Positions 1 to 10,053 of a stretch of DNA of 64,000 bases are shown here, piece after piece. Both the position numbers and the translations under genes were made by a program. The DNA lies in the IMG/VR virus record IMGVR_UViG_3300042402_002641, positions 124,001 through 188,000 of that record; one strand, given 5' to 3'. Numbering within the stretch: position 1 is the first letter of the stretch; the number at the start of each line of letters is the position of its first letter. The notes beneath the pieces were generated by a model. The model was not told the DNA's origin and did not search any database. It was given only the letters and a program-made list of their open reading frames with translations.

Positions 1-1282
1 TTCGGAACTTGCGTATGTGTCCTTTGCGTATAGGTTCGCTGAGAAACAGACCGTAGAAGTTTTCTTCGCCTATGTCGTTGATCACTATCAACGCAGCTTC
101 ACCGAGGCTGTTGTTTTCCACTGAATAATAGATCTGCGGTACACCGCCCTGTTCTTCTCCACGGTCGTGTATGTATCTCAGTATTTCCCGCATGTGTTTG
201 ACCTGCTGCTGCACTGGAGTCTGGTTATGATGCCATTCTGCTACCTGAGTCATCGTAGGCATTTCATAGACCTGTATAGCACCATAATCTCCACCAGTGC
301 CTAGGCTGGGATCTAGAGCCACTAGATAAGTGGCCTTGTAGTCTACGTCCTTGTACCAGCGTGTCTGTCCCATGGTCATCACAGGATCTGAGCCGGCGAG
401 CTCAACCAGTTTCACAGAGTTGATTAGGGTTTCATCAAAAATCAAGAATTCGCATTCAAACTCACGGCGGAAACGTTCTTCACCAATTTTAGATCTTTCT
501 TGGTTGGCCCAGGCATCATCTCGATCTGGATGCTCCGACCAATGAGCTGTATATGAAGCAAATCCGTTTTGTCCTACATCAGCTTCGTTACCAAACTCAT
601 CAAATTTTTTGTTAGCCTCGGCCCATATCAACGCAAACTGATCTTCGTCTGAGTTTGGGGTTGATGTGATTATACACTTACCGCCAGTGGCTAGTGTAGG
701 GCTTAATGCAGTCCAGAATTCTTTGGCCTTTTCGGGAGGTTGCACGAACGCAAACTCATCGCAGTAGATCAATGAAAGAGATTTACCACGACCAGTGTTT
801 TCTGTTGTAGTTGTGGCCTGTATCCTAGCACCGTTGTCATATTCAATGGTGTTTCTATTATATGAATACACACCTGCACGTATGAAGTCTGGTAGATTTT
901 CGTAGCCAAATCGATATCTATCCATGATGTCTTTGGCACCTTCATATTTGTGGGCAGCTATCAATACCTGACAGTCTGGTATGAACATGGTGTACCAAAG
1001 CAGATAGCCAGTAGCACAGGTGGTCTTGCCCATCTGGCGAGGCAGCATGGCTATACACTGTCTATTGGTGTGTATGCTTTTTATCAATCTTTCTTGATAT
1101 TCGTAGGGTTCGAAATTAATAGCGCCACGAGTTGGATGCTGTATCTTTAAAAAATTGGTGCAGAAATACAAAGGTCCTGTAACAGGATCCAAGCAGGCTT
1201 CAAGATGCTTGACCTCATCCATTGTGTATTTGGTCTGAGCGTGAGCCTTTTTAATCAGTACGCCGTCGAGTGATTTTCCCAT
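1..1282 (-). CDS. terL: Terminase large subunit (T4 gp17-like), C-terminus truncated by window edge; absent from the ORF track
   Basis: Manual translation from ATG 1282 (MGKSLDGVLIKKAH...): Walker A LPRQMGKTT, Walker B LIYCDEFAF, coupling motif IITSTP, nuclease-domain VALDPSLG; open to the window start. Confidence 0.95.
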   Translation of the reverse strand, partial: MGKSLDGVLIKKAHAQTKYTMDEVKHLEACLDPVTGPLYFCTNFLKIQHPTRGAINFEPYEYQERLIKSIHTNRQCIAMLPRQMGKTTCATGYLLWYTMFIPDCQVLIAAHKYEGAKDIMDRYRFGYENLPDFIRAGVYSYNRNTIEYDNGARIQATTTTENTGRGKSLSLIYCDEFAFVQPPEKAKEFWTALSPTLATGGKCIITSTPNSDEDQFALIWAEANKKFDEFGNEADVGQNGFASYTAHWSEHPDRDDAWANQERSKIGEERFRREFECEFLIFDETLINSVKLVELAGSDPVMTMGQTRWYKDVDYKATYLVALDPSLGTGGDYGAIQVYEMPTMTQVAEWHHNQTPVQQQVKHMREILRYIHDRGEEQGGVPQIYYSVENNSLGEAALIVINDIGEENFYGLFLSEPIRKGHIRKFR

Positions 1283-1287
1283 ATGTT

Positions 1288-1293
1288 TATTTA
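1288..1293 (-). promoter_or_regulatory. Late-promoter-like TAAATA 5 nt upstream of the terminase ATG
   Basis: Minus strand TAAATA-aacat-ATG; matches the core of the T4 late promoter TATAAATA and recurs across the window. Confidence 0.7.
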
Positions 1294-1296
1294 ATG

Positions 1297-1324
1297 AAAA
1301 AAATAGGCTCCGGAGAGCCTATTT
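1297..1324 (-). terminator. Rho-independent terminator
   Basis: AAATAGGCTC-4 nt loop-GAGCCTATTT stem followed by a T-tract on the minus strand, after the 1341-2042 gene. Confidence 0.8.
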
Positions 1325-1340
1325 GGATATGTAGATATAA

Positions 1341-2042
1341 TTAAGTTGTTGGCAGAGTGGTACCGTCTATAGCAGTCACTGTGACATCTGTGTGAGCTGC
1401 TTTTGGAGTAATGGGTGCTTTCACTGTCAATACTGCTTGTGTTTCAGCGCCTTGTGTTCCGTCATAGACTCTGTAACTCCTAGTGAATATGTCGCCTGCC
1501 CCAACTGCTGTACTAACATCGGTCACATAATCTTGATAGCCTTTGGTGATACCACGAACCACTAATTCTTCAATAGCCAACGCAGTTGTGCTGGTAGTAG
1601 TAGCTGAGCCTAATGTTTCGTGATCTGAATTTTTAGCAACACCACCTGTGGTTCTGCCTTCTGCGATCAAGAAATTTTGTACGTTGCCCAACACAAAGGC
1701 ATCTCTGTCATACTGCACGGTAAATGTTAGAGTAACTGTGACATCGTCTGCATTATCTAATGCGCTTGGGCCTGTAGATTCTAATTCTTCTATGTCTAAG
1801 ATTCTAAAATCACCACCACGACCTAGATTTTCTAAAATTCCTTGCCAGCGTAGATTGCCTCGCGCTCTGCGTTGACCGTTAGCTAATGTAGTGTTTTGTG
1901 TTGCAAATGCACTGCTGTCTCTGGTTTCTACACCGCCTGCATCTGTGTCAGCTGCTGTGCTGGAATATCCTGAGAGATCGATCACAACACGGTATAGGCC
2001 TGGTGTAAGTTGATTTTCGTTTTGTTGAAATCCTGATGCCAT
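1341..2042 (-). CDS. Hypothetical protein, Thr/Ala/Gly-rich, probably virion-associated
   Basis: 233-aa ORF coupled to the upstream gene (stop/start overlap at 2042); no family recognised. Confidence 0.75.
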   Translation of the reverse strand: MASGFQQNENQLTPGLYRVVIDLSGYSSTAADTDAGGVETRDSSAFATQNTTLANGQRRARGNLRWQGILENLGRGGDFRILDIEELESTGPSALDNADDVTVTLTFTVQYDRDAFVLGNVQNFLIAEGRTTGGVAKNSDHETLGSATTTSTTALAIEELVVRGITKGYQDYVTDVSTAVGAGDIFTRSYRVYDGTQGAETQAVLTVKAPITPKAAHTDVTVTAIDGTTLPTT

Positions 2043-2797
2043 TATTTCGCTCCTTTAGCTTCTGCCAACCGTTGCATGAGTTCTGCACGTATGCCGGCAC
2101 GTAGTTGTTCTTTGCTTTCATAAGCGCCAGCTGCCATAGGGTTGTCACCACGATATGGTTTGCCACTGAAACTTTTCTTTGGTCTGTTTAGATCATCACC
2201 TTTGTTCATCACATCGGCAACGGTCTTGTAGCCTGGCTCACTATCATCCACACTGTTGCCGAACGCTTCGTCTTTTTCTTTTTTCTCTGCGTCATGGTCA
2301 TCCATGTCGTGATCGCCGTCGTCATCTCGATCTAGAGTTTTGATCAAAGGCTTTTCGTCTGCATGATCTTTTTCATGTGCATCTAGATCTCCGCTGTCGT
2401 CATAGTCGCTGTCCATTTCTCCGCCTGGCATGTCATCATTGTCCGAGTCTAGATCAGGCAACATCTTTAACGGACCTTTGTCTAGATCTCCAAGACCACC
2501 TAGTGGAGGCATTCCCATAGGTTTGTCCATAGGCTCAATACTAATGCTTGGTGGCATCGTCGGTTTATCCATGCTGGGATTCACCTTGGTGACCAGTTTC
2601 ATCAATGACTCGATGTTGTCCATGCCTTGAGCATTTAGATTGATGCTCATTGTAGGTGGCGGTGTGTCTGGCTTTGGCGAAGTCATGCTCATTGGCGAAG
2701 ACATAGGCGGTGCCATTGGCGCATCCATGCCGCAACCTCCTTCATTGGTAGGTTGATCTAATTCACGCATGCGTGCCATTAATTGATTGAAATCCAT
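2042..2797 (-). CDS. Hypothetical low-complexity protein (Met/Pro-rich, then Asp-rich)
   Basis: 251-aa ORF, SD-like GGAG upstream, likely disordered. Confidence 0.75.
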   Translation of the reverse strand: MDFNQLMARMRELDQPTNEGGCGMDAPMAPPMSSPMSMTSPKPDTPPPTMSINLNAQGMDNIESLMKLVTKVNPSMDKPTMPPSISIEPMDKPMGMPPLGGLGDLDKGPLKMLPDLDSDNDDMPGGEMDSDYDDSGDLDAHEKDHADEKPLIKTLDRDDDGDHDMDDHDAEKKEKDEAFGNSVDDSEPGYKTVADVMNKGDDLNRPKKSFSGKPYRGDNPMAAGAYESKEQLRAGIRAELMQRLAEAKGAK

Positions 2798-2800
2798 GTA

Positions 2801-3367
2801 TTAACTCCCTAAGGCGCTTCGAGCACCTGCTTTGTCTTGTTTGCCCTTGGGCAGTTTGTATTCTACGTTGATGCCATCCTTCTTGCGATCTTTGGCAGCT
2901 TTGTTCAAATCTTTTAAGAAACTCTTGTTGAAATCATCACCAAAATAGTCTTTGTGTTTGATTTTTCCTGTGCCTTTTTCCATGTCCTGTTCATCTAACA
3001 GTGCATCTCCTGTAGGCTCATTGTCCATAAACAGCTGATCTATTTCTGTAGGTTCATTGCTACCACGCACACGGAAACAGTCTTCGGTGATGCCAGATCC
3101 TTTGATCATGTCAGTGATTTCCGGAGGAGTTACTGGGTATTCTGTAACCACTTCGAATACAGTGACTTCCATGTTGGACTTGCCAGGAAAATCTAACGGA
3201 AACTTTTGTATAGGTGTTGTGCTCATCTTTTCAAAGGTTACCACCTTGCAGCGTTCTAGCTTGGTCTTGAGACTTTCCTGAAAATTCTCAGGAATTTCGC
3301 CAGCAACCTTAACCTTGAAGCTGTAGATTTTTTTGTTTTCAGTGAGATATTCTTTAAAAGTTTTCAT
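2801..3367 (-). CDS. Hypothetical protein
   Basis: 188-aa ORF beginning MKTFKEYL, preceded by TAAATA-N5-ATG. Confidence 0.75.
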   Translation of the reverse strand: MKTFKEYLTENKKIYSFKVKVAGEIPENFQESLKTKLERCKVVTFEKMSTTPIQKFPLDFPGKSNMEVTVFEVVTEYPVTPPEITDMIKGSGITEDCFRVRGSNEPTEIDQLFMDNEPTGDALLDEQDMEKGTGKIKHKDYFGDDFNKSFLKDLNKAAKDRKKDGINVEYKLPKGKQDKAGARSALGS

Positions 3368-3375
3368 ACTTGTAT

Positions 3376-3852
3376 TTATGCTTTTCCGCTTAATTTTTTC
3401 AGTAGCTCATTGCGGTCTGTGATCACATATGCTGCACCGTTGATCACTCCGTCCTGTTCATTGCCTGCGTCATTGTCTATTTTCAGCTTCTTCAGTTGTA
3501 GATCTACGCTTTTGAGTTTTTTATCTATTTTGTTGGTTTTAGCAGTAATAGCATTGCCCATCATGCTGGCAGCTACTTCGAATATACGACCAGCATAACG
3601 AACTTCTACGTTCATGCCTAGGTCCATGAGATCATCATAGGCAGCTTCTGCTTTTTTTGCCAGTTCATCCAGTTCTCGATCATCCAGCTCATCTAATTCT
3701 TTGATCTGCGGCAGGCCTCTGGTGATTTCTGCTACTCTACGATAGCTGTCATCTAGACTCTGCACCTGTTCATGCGTAGGTGCTTCGACTGGCGCTTCCG
3801 CTAGAGATTCGGTGGTTTCGAGATTCAACAATTCTTCAAGTCTTTTGGTCAT
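3376..3852 (-). CDS. Putative terminase small subunit (T4 gp16-like)
   Basis: Helical 158 aa; RIFEVAASMM resembles gp16 RAYEVAG; C-terminal ITDRNELLKKL resembles VGSTAELQKLL; near terL. Confidence 0.65.
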   Translation of the reverse strand: MTKRLEELLNLETTESLAEAPVEAPTHEQVQSLDDSYRRVAEITRGLPQIKELDELDDRELDELAKKAEAAYDDLMDLGMNVEVRYAGRIFEVAASMMGNAITAKTNKIDKKLKSVDLQLKKLKIDNDAGNEQDGVINGAAYVITDRNELLKKLSGKA

Positions 3853-3859
3853 ATCGTAC

Positions 3860-4300
3860 TTATCTTCGTTTTGTGCCCTGATGGAAAATGTCTGTTTCGT
3901 TAATCACACGAAACTTGATGTTCTGTTGTTTGCACCAAGCATTAGCAGCTTCCCATTTGGCCATATTTTTTACATACTGCTGTTGATTGTATTGACTCTT
4001 ACCCACAGCTTCTCTGAAGGTGTGATTAGAAGGTTTTACCTCCACAACTTCTGCGTGTTTAGTACCGTTCTTATCTTGATATACAATAAAGAAATCTGGC
4101 ACATATATGGTACTGCGACCAGTTAATGGATCTCTATAAGGTATCTTGATGCTTTCGCTAGCCCAATTCTGTACGCCTGGATGTTCATCTAGCATTCTCA
4201 TGAACACAAACTCCCACGAGCTACGAGCCAATGGAGTTTTTAATCCCACATATTTGGCAGGATTTTTCATTTCAAATCGACCTTGTGCGAATTTGCCCAT
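3860..4300 (-). CDS. Head completion protein (T4 gp4-like, TnsA/PD-(D/E)xK nuclease fold)
   Basis: KNPAKYVG...RSSWE...WASE...IPY...YVPDF...EVKP...KWEAA...FRVINE parallels gp4. Confidence 0.85.
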   Translation of the reverse strand: MGKFAQGRFEMKNPAKYVGLKTPLARSSWEFVFMRMLDEHPGVQNWASESIKIPYRDPLTGRSTIYVPDFFIVYQDKNGTKHAEVVEVKPSNHTFREAVGKSQYNQQQYVKNMAKWEAANAWCKQQNIKFRVINETDIFHQGTKRR

Positions 4301-4665
4301 TATGCAGCTATGTTTCTAGTCTGATTAGGTTTAATATCTGCAGTTCTGAAACCTAAAAGGCTGGTAGGTACTCGATTGTTGTTTAGTATCTCACCCACTA
4401 ATTGGCTTAGGGTGTTTTTGTTCAATCCTGTAAGTGTGTCTAAGATCTGTGAAATGGGTGTAGAATCAATTTTTGCCTGTCGTAACAGAGTCATAGCCAC
4501 GGTAGCTGCTGCATCCGAATCAAAGCCTGCACCGGTAAAAAAACTCACAGCGGCCGTGACGTCGTTGGCTGCGAACTCTAGTGCAGCTTCGCCGTAGGTA
4601 TCAAAATACAGCTTGGTGCCTGCAGCACTATCTTGGATTTCAAATGAGGGTAGATTAGTTGCCAT
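4300..4665 (-). CDS. Hypothetical protein
   Basis: 121-aa ORF tightly packed in the operon. Confidence 0.7.
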   Translation of the reverse strand: MATNLPSFEIQDSAAGTKLYFDTYGEAALEFAANDVTAAVSFFTGAGFDSDAAATVAMTLLRQAKIDSTPISQILDTLTGLNKNTLSQLVGEILNNNRVPTSLLGFRTADIKPNQTRNIAA

Positions 4666-4666
4666 A

Positions 4667-5770
4667 TTACGCTACGTTTCCTGGATCAGAAGGAAAATCT
4701 CCTACTAATGGTCTTTGGGTCGCTGAGGTAGAAGGTGAACGATTAGCACTTTTAGGAAACACAGCTCCTACTACTCCACCTACGGTGCTGATAGCTGAGG
4801 AAATATTACCCGGATTGCTGAGTATATTAATAGCTTCAGATTTTAATTGGGCCGATGATAATGACTTGATATTTTTATAAGTGTTGATTGACGCTATCGC
4901 TGTGCTGAGAAATCCACCCGGACTGTCGAAGGCTGCGCCTGATCCTAGATTACCAAATATCTGTTCAAGGCCATCTAATACCCCACCTTCTCCGGTAAGT
5001 GTAGCAACACCACCGCCTGCTACTGATATAGGACTTGGTACTGAATCATAGTGCAGTGTTGCAAATCCTTTGGGACTATTATAGGCTACCTGACCTGCTG
5101 AATATTTCACTGATTCATACTCTAAAGTCATTGTGCTTTCTGCGAATTCGCTAGCAGAGTAATCCATGTTGCCATGGCTCCAAGTTTTAATTTTCGGATT
5201 AATCAATGTATAGCCCAGAAATCTTCTACGAGCCATGGTATAGATACTAACTGATTTGAAAAATCCAGCGGTAACGTCGTTGTCCATACCATATCGAAAA
5301 TTATCTTTTGGTGTATCAGCTGCACGATATTTGGTTTCAGAGTAAGCTGATTCTGGAAGTTGTCTATCGGCAATATAATATCCATAGTACACAGCCCACA
5401 TGGCACTGATAACTCCGGTAGCATCGTCATGCATGGTGATGTTTACTGGTTCGTAATTGAAATTTTTATAGATTATTTTTTTTCTATTGTACTGGTTTTT
5501 TACCACACTATCAAAATTATATTTGGGCAGTTCTGCAGTTTTTACAAGTAACCCAACTTCATCGTGATGTTTATTAGAAAATGCTGGAACTCGCATCACA
5601 TTTTTGTCTATCTCAAATCTTACATAGTAGTTGAACTTGGTGCGAGGAGCCAGCCGCATGTTGCCATCTATGAACAGCTTAGTGGCGTGACGCCAGTTTG
5701 CGCTCTGTCCTTTGGGAGTCAATAAGCCTTCGCCGACACCAGTGAGAAATCGTGTGAAATAGTTTGCCAT
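4667..5770 (-). CDS. Tail tube-like / tube-initiator protein (gp19/gp54-like fold)
   Basis: LLVKTAELPKYNF...NQYNRK...YEPVNITMHDD...FAESTMTLEYE resembles the gp19 family; directly follows the tube gene. Confidence 0.65.
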   Translation of the reverse strand: MANYFTRFLTGVGEGLLTPKGQSANWRHATKLFIDGNMRLAPRTKFNYYVRFEIDKNVMRVPAFSNKHHDEVGLLVKTAELPKYNFDSVVKNQYNRKKIIYKNFNYEPVNITMHDDATGVISAMWAVYYGYYIADRQLPESAYSETKYRAADTPKDNFRYGMDNDVTAGFFKSVSIYTMARRRFLGYTLINPKIKTWSHGNMDYSASEFAESTMTLEYESVKYSAGQVAYNSPKGFATLHYDSVPSPISVAGGGVATLTGEGGVLDGLEQIFGNLGSGAAFDSPGGFLSTAIASINTYKNIKSLSSAQLKSEAINILSNPGNISSAISTVGGVVGAVFPKSANRSPSTSATQRPLVGDFPSDPGNVA

Positions 5771-5787
5771 ACAAATATTTATGTCAC

Positions 5788-5815
5788 AAAAAAAGCTCGA
5801 AATAATCGAGCTTTT
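5788..5815 (-). terminator. Rho-independent terminator after the tail tube gene
   Basis: AAAAGCTCGA-AATAA-TCGAGCTTTT perfect stem with T-tract; TAAATA-N5-ATG follows immediately. Confidence 0.8.
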
Positions 5816-5831
5816 CTTGATACAGGGTTAA

Positions 5832-6482
5832 TTATCCCTGTGCTGTTGAAGCGCCTGTTACGGCTGCACCTAAAGTACGTCCTACTGCTGCACCAATACC
5901 ACCAATTGGGCTGGTAGCTGCTGCACCTGCTGCAAACTGTGATAGATTGTCGTAGGCGATAGTCAGTGCCACTGTCATGTGTTCATTGGTTGAATAGTTG
6001 GCATCGCCGTAGTCTGCGTTCTGCACGAAACATCCATAGAGTTCAAATGTTTCTAGAGTTTCTGGAACTAGTGTACCGTTACCACCGTCTAGGACTTCTA
6101 TGCGTGTGGTAAACTTGTAGTCAATACCTGAACGAGCGGATGCCTGTTCCATGAAATCATATTGTTTCTGGATCTGTTGTCCCACAAGTTTTTGTACTTG
6201 ACCGCTGGCATCATCACGTAAGGTCAATGTAATATTTTCCAGGGTGTATCTGCCAGCCAGTTTGACTTTGGAGTTATAGACATCTAGTGTCATTTCTTCA
6301 AATGACACTTTGGGTCTGGTCACGTCCTGTACCTGCTTGGTAAGTTCTGTGGCAGCGGCAACTCCAAAACCTAATAGTGTTACTCTAAAGCGATATTTTA
6401 ATTTAGGCATCAACAACACCTGGGTGCTGCCAGCTGCATTGGTTGTTGGGATACCTAAATTATTCAGTGATGTAATTGCCAT
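5832..6482 (-). CDS. Tail tube protein (T4 gp19-like)
   Basis: PKLKYRFRV...QDVTRPKVSFEE...ITLTLRDD...FELYGCF...MTVALTIAYD; directly downstream of the sheath. Confidence 0.9.
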   Translation of the reverse strand: MAITSLNNLGIPTTNAAGSTQVLLMPKLKYRFRVTLLGFGVAAATELTKQVQDVTRPKVSFEEMTLDVYNSKVKLAGRYTLENITLTLRDDASGQVQKLVGQQIQKQYDFMEQASARSGIDYKFTTRIEVLDGGNGTLVPETLETFELYGCFVQNADYGDANYSTNEHMTVALTIAYDNLSQFAAGAAATSPIGGIGAAVGRTLGAAVTGASTAQG

Positions 6483-6484
6483 TT

Positions 6485-9400
6485 TTAAATTTCTCCTGTG
6501 TTCTTGACACGTAACGGAATGTAAATGAACTCAATAGCCTTCACAGGTTCAATTGCAATATCAACATACAATTCGTTGCGATCTATCCTTGACGGTGTGT
6601 TGTTACTTTCGTCACAGACAACCGCAAAGTCGTAGAGTGCTCTTAGTCCTACTAGTTCTAACAACAGACTTTCTACAGCTTGTTTGATTTCATCACGTGT
6701 GATTTTGTCATTAGGTTCAAAGATATACGGACGAGCCAACTTGTTCAATTGACTACGTAGATATACCACTAAACGTGCTACGTTGATACGATCTAGTGCC
6801 GACGCATTTCTTGCACGAGTCTTTTGACCATGTGCCACTAATCCTATTCCGTTGAAGAATGGAATTGGATTAACTTTTAGATCATACAAAGTATCCCGCT
6901 GTCCTTCATTTAGCGCAACTGTTTGGAACTCGCCTGTGGCAGCATCAATATAACCCACTGCTGTGGCATTAGTGATTCCACCTCGACGTGTTCCTGCCGG
7001 AGCAAACCATGGGAAGCTGACATTGTCACTGAGTGTGATAGTCTTCAACATCATATGGCTGGCTGGAACTACTGCAGGTGACCCAGCGAGGTCAGTGGTA
7101 AATCCGTTTGGATAGTAAACTGCACAGTACTCATCATAAGTTACGATACCATCATCACCGTTGTCAGTGACTAGATTAGCATTGGTACCCCATGTGGTCA
7201 ATGATGTAGCATCTGAAGCCAAACGCAACGGAGTGTCGCCTACCACAAACGCAGTAACACCGCGATCTATATTTAGGTTCACTAGATTGCTTAACAGTTC
7301 TGGATAACCAGGAGCAGCTATAATATTGAAGTTACGACGTTCTTCGTCACGTATCTCTTGGCTAGTGTCAACCACACTCTTCAAGGCCTGTGTTACAACC
7401 TTGCGCTGTGCTTTGCGACCAAATGATCCCGAACCATCTTCATTGTTACCTGACGCTGTGGTCCAACGATCGGTCCAATATGTTTCCATGCTTTCACCGC
7501 TTTGGAATGCTGAACCTGCGAGAGTCGCTGTGCCAGTTCTTGGATTGTCAGCAGTGGTATCAATGTAACTGTTTTGATACTGTTTGACGTTGCCACCACT
7601 TCTGCGTAGGTTCCATAGCAACATACCTTTGGGATATAATGCAGGATCCGGAGCATCTGGATCTAAGAAGTTGTTGGTAATTAGATCTTCTATGGTGCTG
7701 GCCACTGTTGAAGTACCTGCGGTATTCCAACGTGCATCTGCAAACAACACACCTTCTTCTGTGGTTTGATCTGCTTTGTCTACCAATTCCCAACGCTGTG
7801 CAAGATCAGCTATGTCACTTAGATTAGTGTTGTATCTGTAAATGGTTGGATAATTTTCAAGGTCTGCTGTGCTGATCCAAATATCGCCGTTGGCTGTGAT
7901 GCCGCTCTTGTACGGATTTGAAGCTGCAACTATAGGCAGATAGCCATTTCTTAATGTTGCTGTAGCTGCCTCATAGTAAGGTGCTGTGGAATGACGATAT
8001 CCTACCCAGGTGTTGCCGTTGTGTACCATTAGATCTACTTCTGAAAAATTAGGATTGTACCATAACTGTCCGTCTTGTGGTTCGTTTAATGGTGCATCAC
8101 CAGAAGCAGCAAATCTCGGATCTGTGGCTGCTAGAGGCTTCCAACCAGATGCTAAGTATCCGCCTACTGCAGATTGTGCTGCGTAGAAGTTTTCTGTACC
8201 TGCCAAGGTATCTATGTTGTAGGCAGTGAACATATTAGCAACTGCAGTGCCAGAACTATCTGCTAGCCTAAAATCACCACCTAGTGTATGACTGATAACA
8301 ACTCTATTCGACGTGGCACTGACTTCTGTCACTGAAGCCACAATGTTTGTGAATCCTGCTGCGTTGATAGCTGCTGCTATAAGATCTGCATCTGCACTGG
8401 TACCTACAGCGGTAAATGAAATGTTTTTAGCTGTGTCTAGTGCCAGCGTGGTCTTTAATGATTCGCTGATAGTAAATGTTTTAGCACCTGCTGAAATCGT
8501 ACCGGCTTTGATAATGTTACTAGTAATGCTGGTAGCTGCGCCAACACCAATGTTTCTACGCCACAGTCTAAATGTCGCTGTGGTAGGAGTCGTATCAAAT
8601 CCTGATGTTTCCTTGGCATTAGCCTGTGTGAACAACGCATCTTCTGCAATGCCTGCGCCGCCGCCGCTGCGATCTAGATAATATAGAGCTGCTGCAGTGT
8701 CGTCATATATTGGTGCTTCGTAGCTGACCCACGATAGTGTAGCTGAACTCCAACGCTTGGCTCTCCAACGAGCACCATTGTTAGGTTCTGTGGTTTTGAT
8801 CCATACGCTGCCTGAGGCTGCGCCGCCAACAGTATCTGTGTTTTCACTACGTTTGTAGCTAGGTATAGATGTATGAGGCTGCTGTGCTAGACGTGGGCTT
8901 AGATATACGCCTGCTGTGATACCTAGTGCGCTGAGAGCCGTGGTTCCGTCCTCAAGTAAAACACGACCGTCTGGGCCTGATGAATCACTAGGAGTGCCAT
9001 CAGCTGCTGAACGACCATCGGAATAGATATACAATCTGCCACTAATAGCCTGTGCGGTAACGCCTTGAATATTTGCAGCATTGATAGCTGTAGCTATTGC
9101 ACCAGTTGTTCCTGAACCACTGATTAGACTATTGTTGACATAAAAATTGTAGCTGACTGAACCACTTACTGCTGTACCGCTAACCACTGGCCAGCTAGCC
9201 GACCATTCGTTAGAACCTACTAGTACCCATTCGCCTGCATCGACAGCAGTTCCACCACCGCCAATACCGCCGTTACCTGCTGATTTGTAATAGATCCTTG
9301 CATATTCTTCTTCTGCACCAAATGAAGTGTCACCTTCTACTGTGCGGAAAACCACAGCATAGTCGCCGATCTGACCTACCGCTGCTTTAGGCGCATTGCC

Positions 9401-9940
9401 ATCGATCTTCGATGGAAAGTCTGCGTCTGTTAATACTAGTGGAACTTTGTATGTGAATTTTTGTCCGCCTGCTACTGTGGCAGCAGCACCGTTCCATTCT
9501 TGAATACCCCAGGTTGTGGCCTGTGTATCAATCCACCACTGGCCGTTCGTGGGATTCGCTCCCGGGGCGTCAGTCTGTGCTTCTAGTTCATCTAGATCAA
9601 TATCTGCTCTTACAATAAAAGCAGCGTTGCTTACACCTAATAAACTGTAGGCTGTAAGCAGTCCGTATTCGTTGCGCTCTGAACCATGTACAGGAGTAGC
9701 ACTGGCTGTTTTCTCAAAGAATGGAACACCAAATGTTTCTGTTAGTTCTCGCTGGCTGGTTATCTTAAAGGCCTTGCCAGCATTGGCCGCTGTGGTACCT
9801 AATGCAGTGCCTGTGCCTGCACCATTGGTTTTATCTTGCGCTGTTGCTACTACGATAAGAGGTGTAGTACCAGGTTCTGCTGGTGTATAAAAACTCTCGT
9901 CGATTACCGTAACTTGTACGCCTGGTGATTGTAGTGCCAT
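6485..9940 (-). CDS. Tail sheath protein (T4 gp18-like), 1151 aa with large insertions
   Basis: N-term MALQSPGVQVTVIDESFY; C-term PWFAPAGTRRG, LYDLKVNPI, RINVARL, IEPVKAIEFIYI; AGGAG SD supports a start at 9940 rather than 9985. Confidence 0.95.
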   Translation of the reverse strand: MALQSPGVQVTVIDESFYTPAEPGTTPLIVVATAQDKTNGAGTGTALGTTAANAGKAFKITSQRELTETFGVPFFEKTASATPVHGSERNEYGLLTAYSLLGVSNAAFIVRADIDLDELEAQTDAPGANPTNGQWWIDTQATTWGIQEWNGAAATVAGGQKFTYKVPLVLTDADFPSKIDGNAPKAAVGQIGDYAVVFRTVEGDTSFGAEEEYARIYYKSAGNGGIGGGGTAVDAGEWVLVGSNEWSASWPVVSGTAVSGSVSYNFYVNNSLISGSGTTGAIATAINAANIQGVTAQAISGRLYIYSDGRSAADGTPSDSSGPDGRVLLEDGTTALSALGITAGVYLSPRLAQQPHTSIPSYKRSENTDTVGGAASGSVWIKTTEPNNGARWRAKRWSSATLSWVSYEAPIYDDTAAALYYLDRSGGGAGIAEDALFTQANAKETSGFDTTPTTATFRLWRRNIGVGAATSITSNIIKAGTISAGAKTFTISESLKTTLALDTAKNISFTAVGTSADADLIAAAINAAGFTNIVASVTEVSATSNRVVISHTLGGDFRLADSSGTAVANMFTAYNIDTLAGTENFYAAQSAVGGYLASGWKPLAATDPRFAASGDAPLNEPQDGQLWYNPNFSEVDLMVHNGNTWVGYRHSTAPYYEAATATLRNGYLPIVAASNPYKSGITANGDIWISTADLENYPTIYRYNTNLSDIADLAQRWELVDKADQTTEEGVLFADARWNTAGTSTVASTIEDLITNNFLDPDAPDPALYPKGMLLWNLRRSGGNVKQYQNSYIDTTADNPRTGTATLAGSAFQSGESMETYWTDRWTTASGNNEDGSGSFGRKAQRKVVTQALKSVVDTSQEIRDEERRNFNIIAAPGYPELLSNLVNLNIDRGVTAFVVGDTPLRLASDATSLTTWGTNANLVTDNGDDGIVTYDEYCAVYYPNGFTTDLAGSPAVVPASHMMLKTITLSDNVSFPWFAPAGTRRGGITNATAVGYIDAATGEFQTVALNEGQRDTLYDLKVNPIPFFNGIGLVAHGQKTRARNASALDRINVARLVVYLRSQLNKLARPYIFEPNDKITRDEIKQAVESLLLELVGLRALYDFAVVCDESNNTPSRIDRNELYVDIAIEPVKAIEFIYIPLRVKNTGEI

Positions 9941-10053
9941 CCCATTTTCTCCTGGTAATAGTTGCTCATAATATTTAGCCGCCAAGTGTAAAAATGGATG
10001 GTTAATATCAGGATAAAAGGGGTGGAAAAGGTATAGATACGTTAAATATCTTT

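Noticed and set aside
1-1282. Intein or intron in terminase (also checked by eye in portal and capsid)
   Set aside because: Motifs are continuous with normal spacing; no C/S...HN splice junctions or frame breaks
9904-9985. Extended sheath start at 9985 and a 21-codon out-of-frame uORF (9969-9904)
   Set aside because: The AGGAG SD and conserved MALQSPGV favour 9940; the uORF spacing from TAAATA (2 nt) does not fit the pattern and is likely chance
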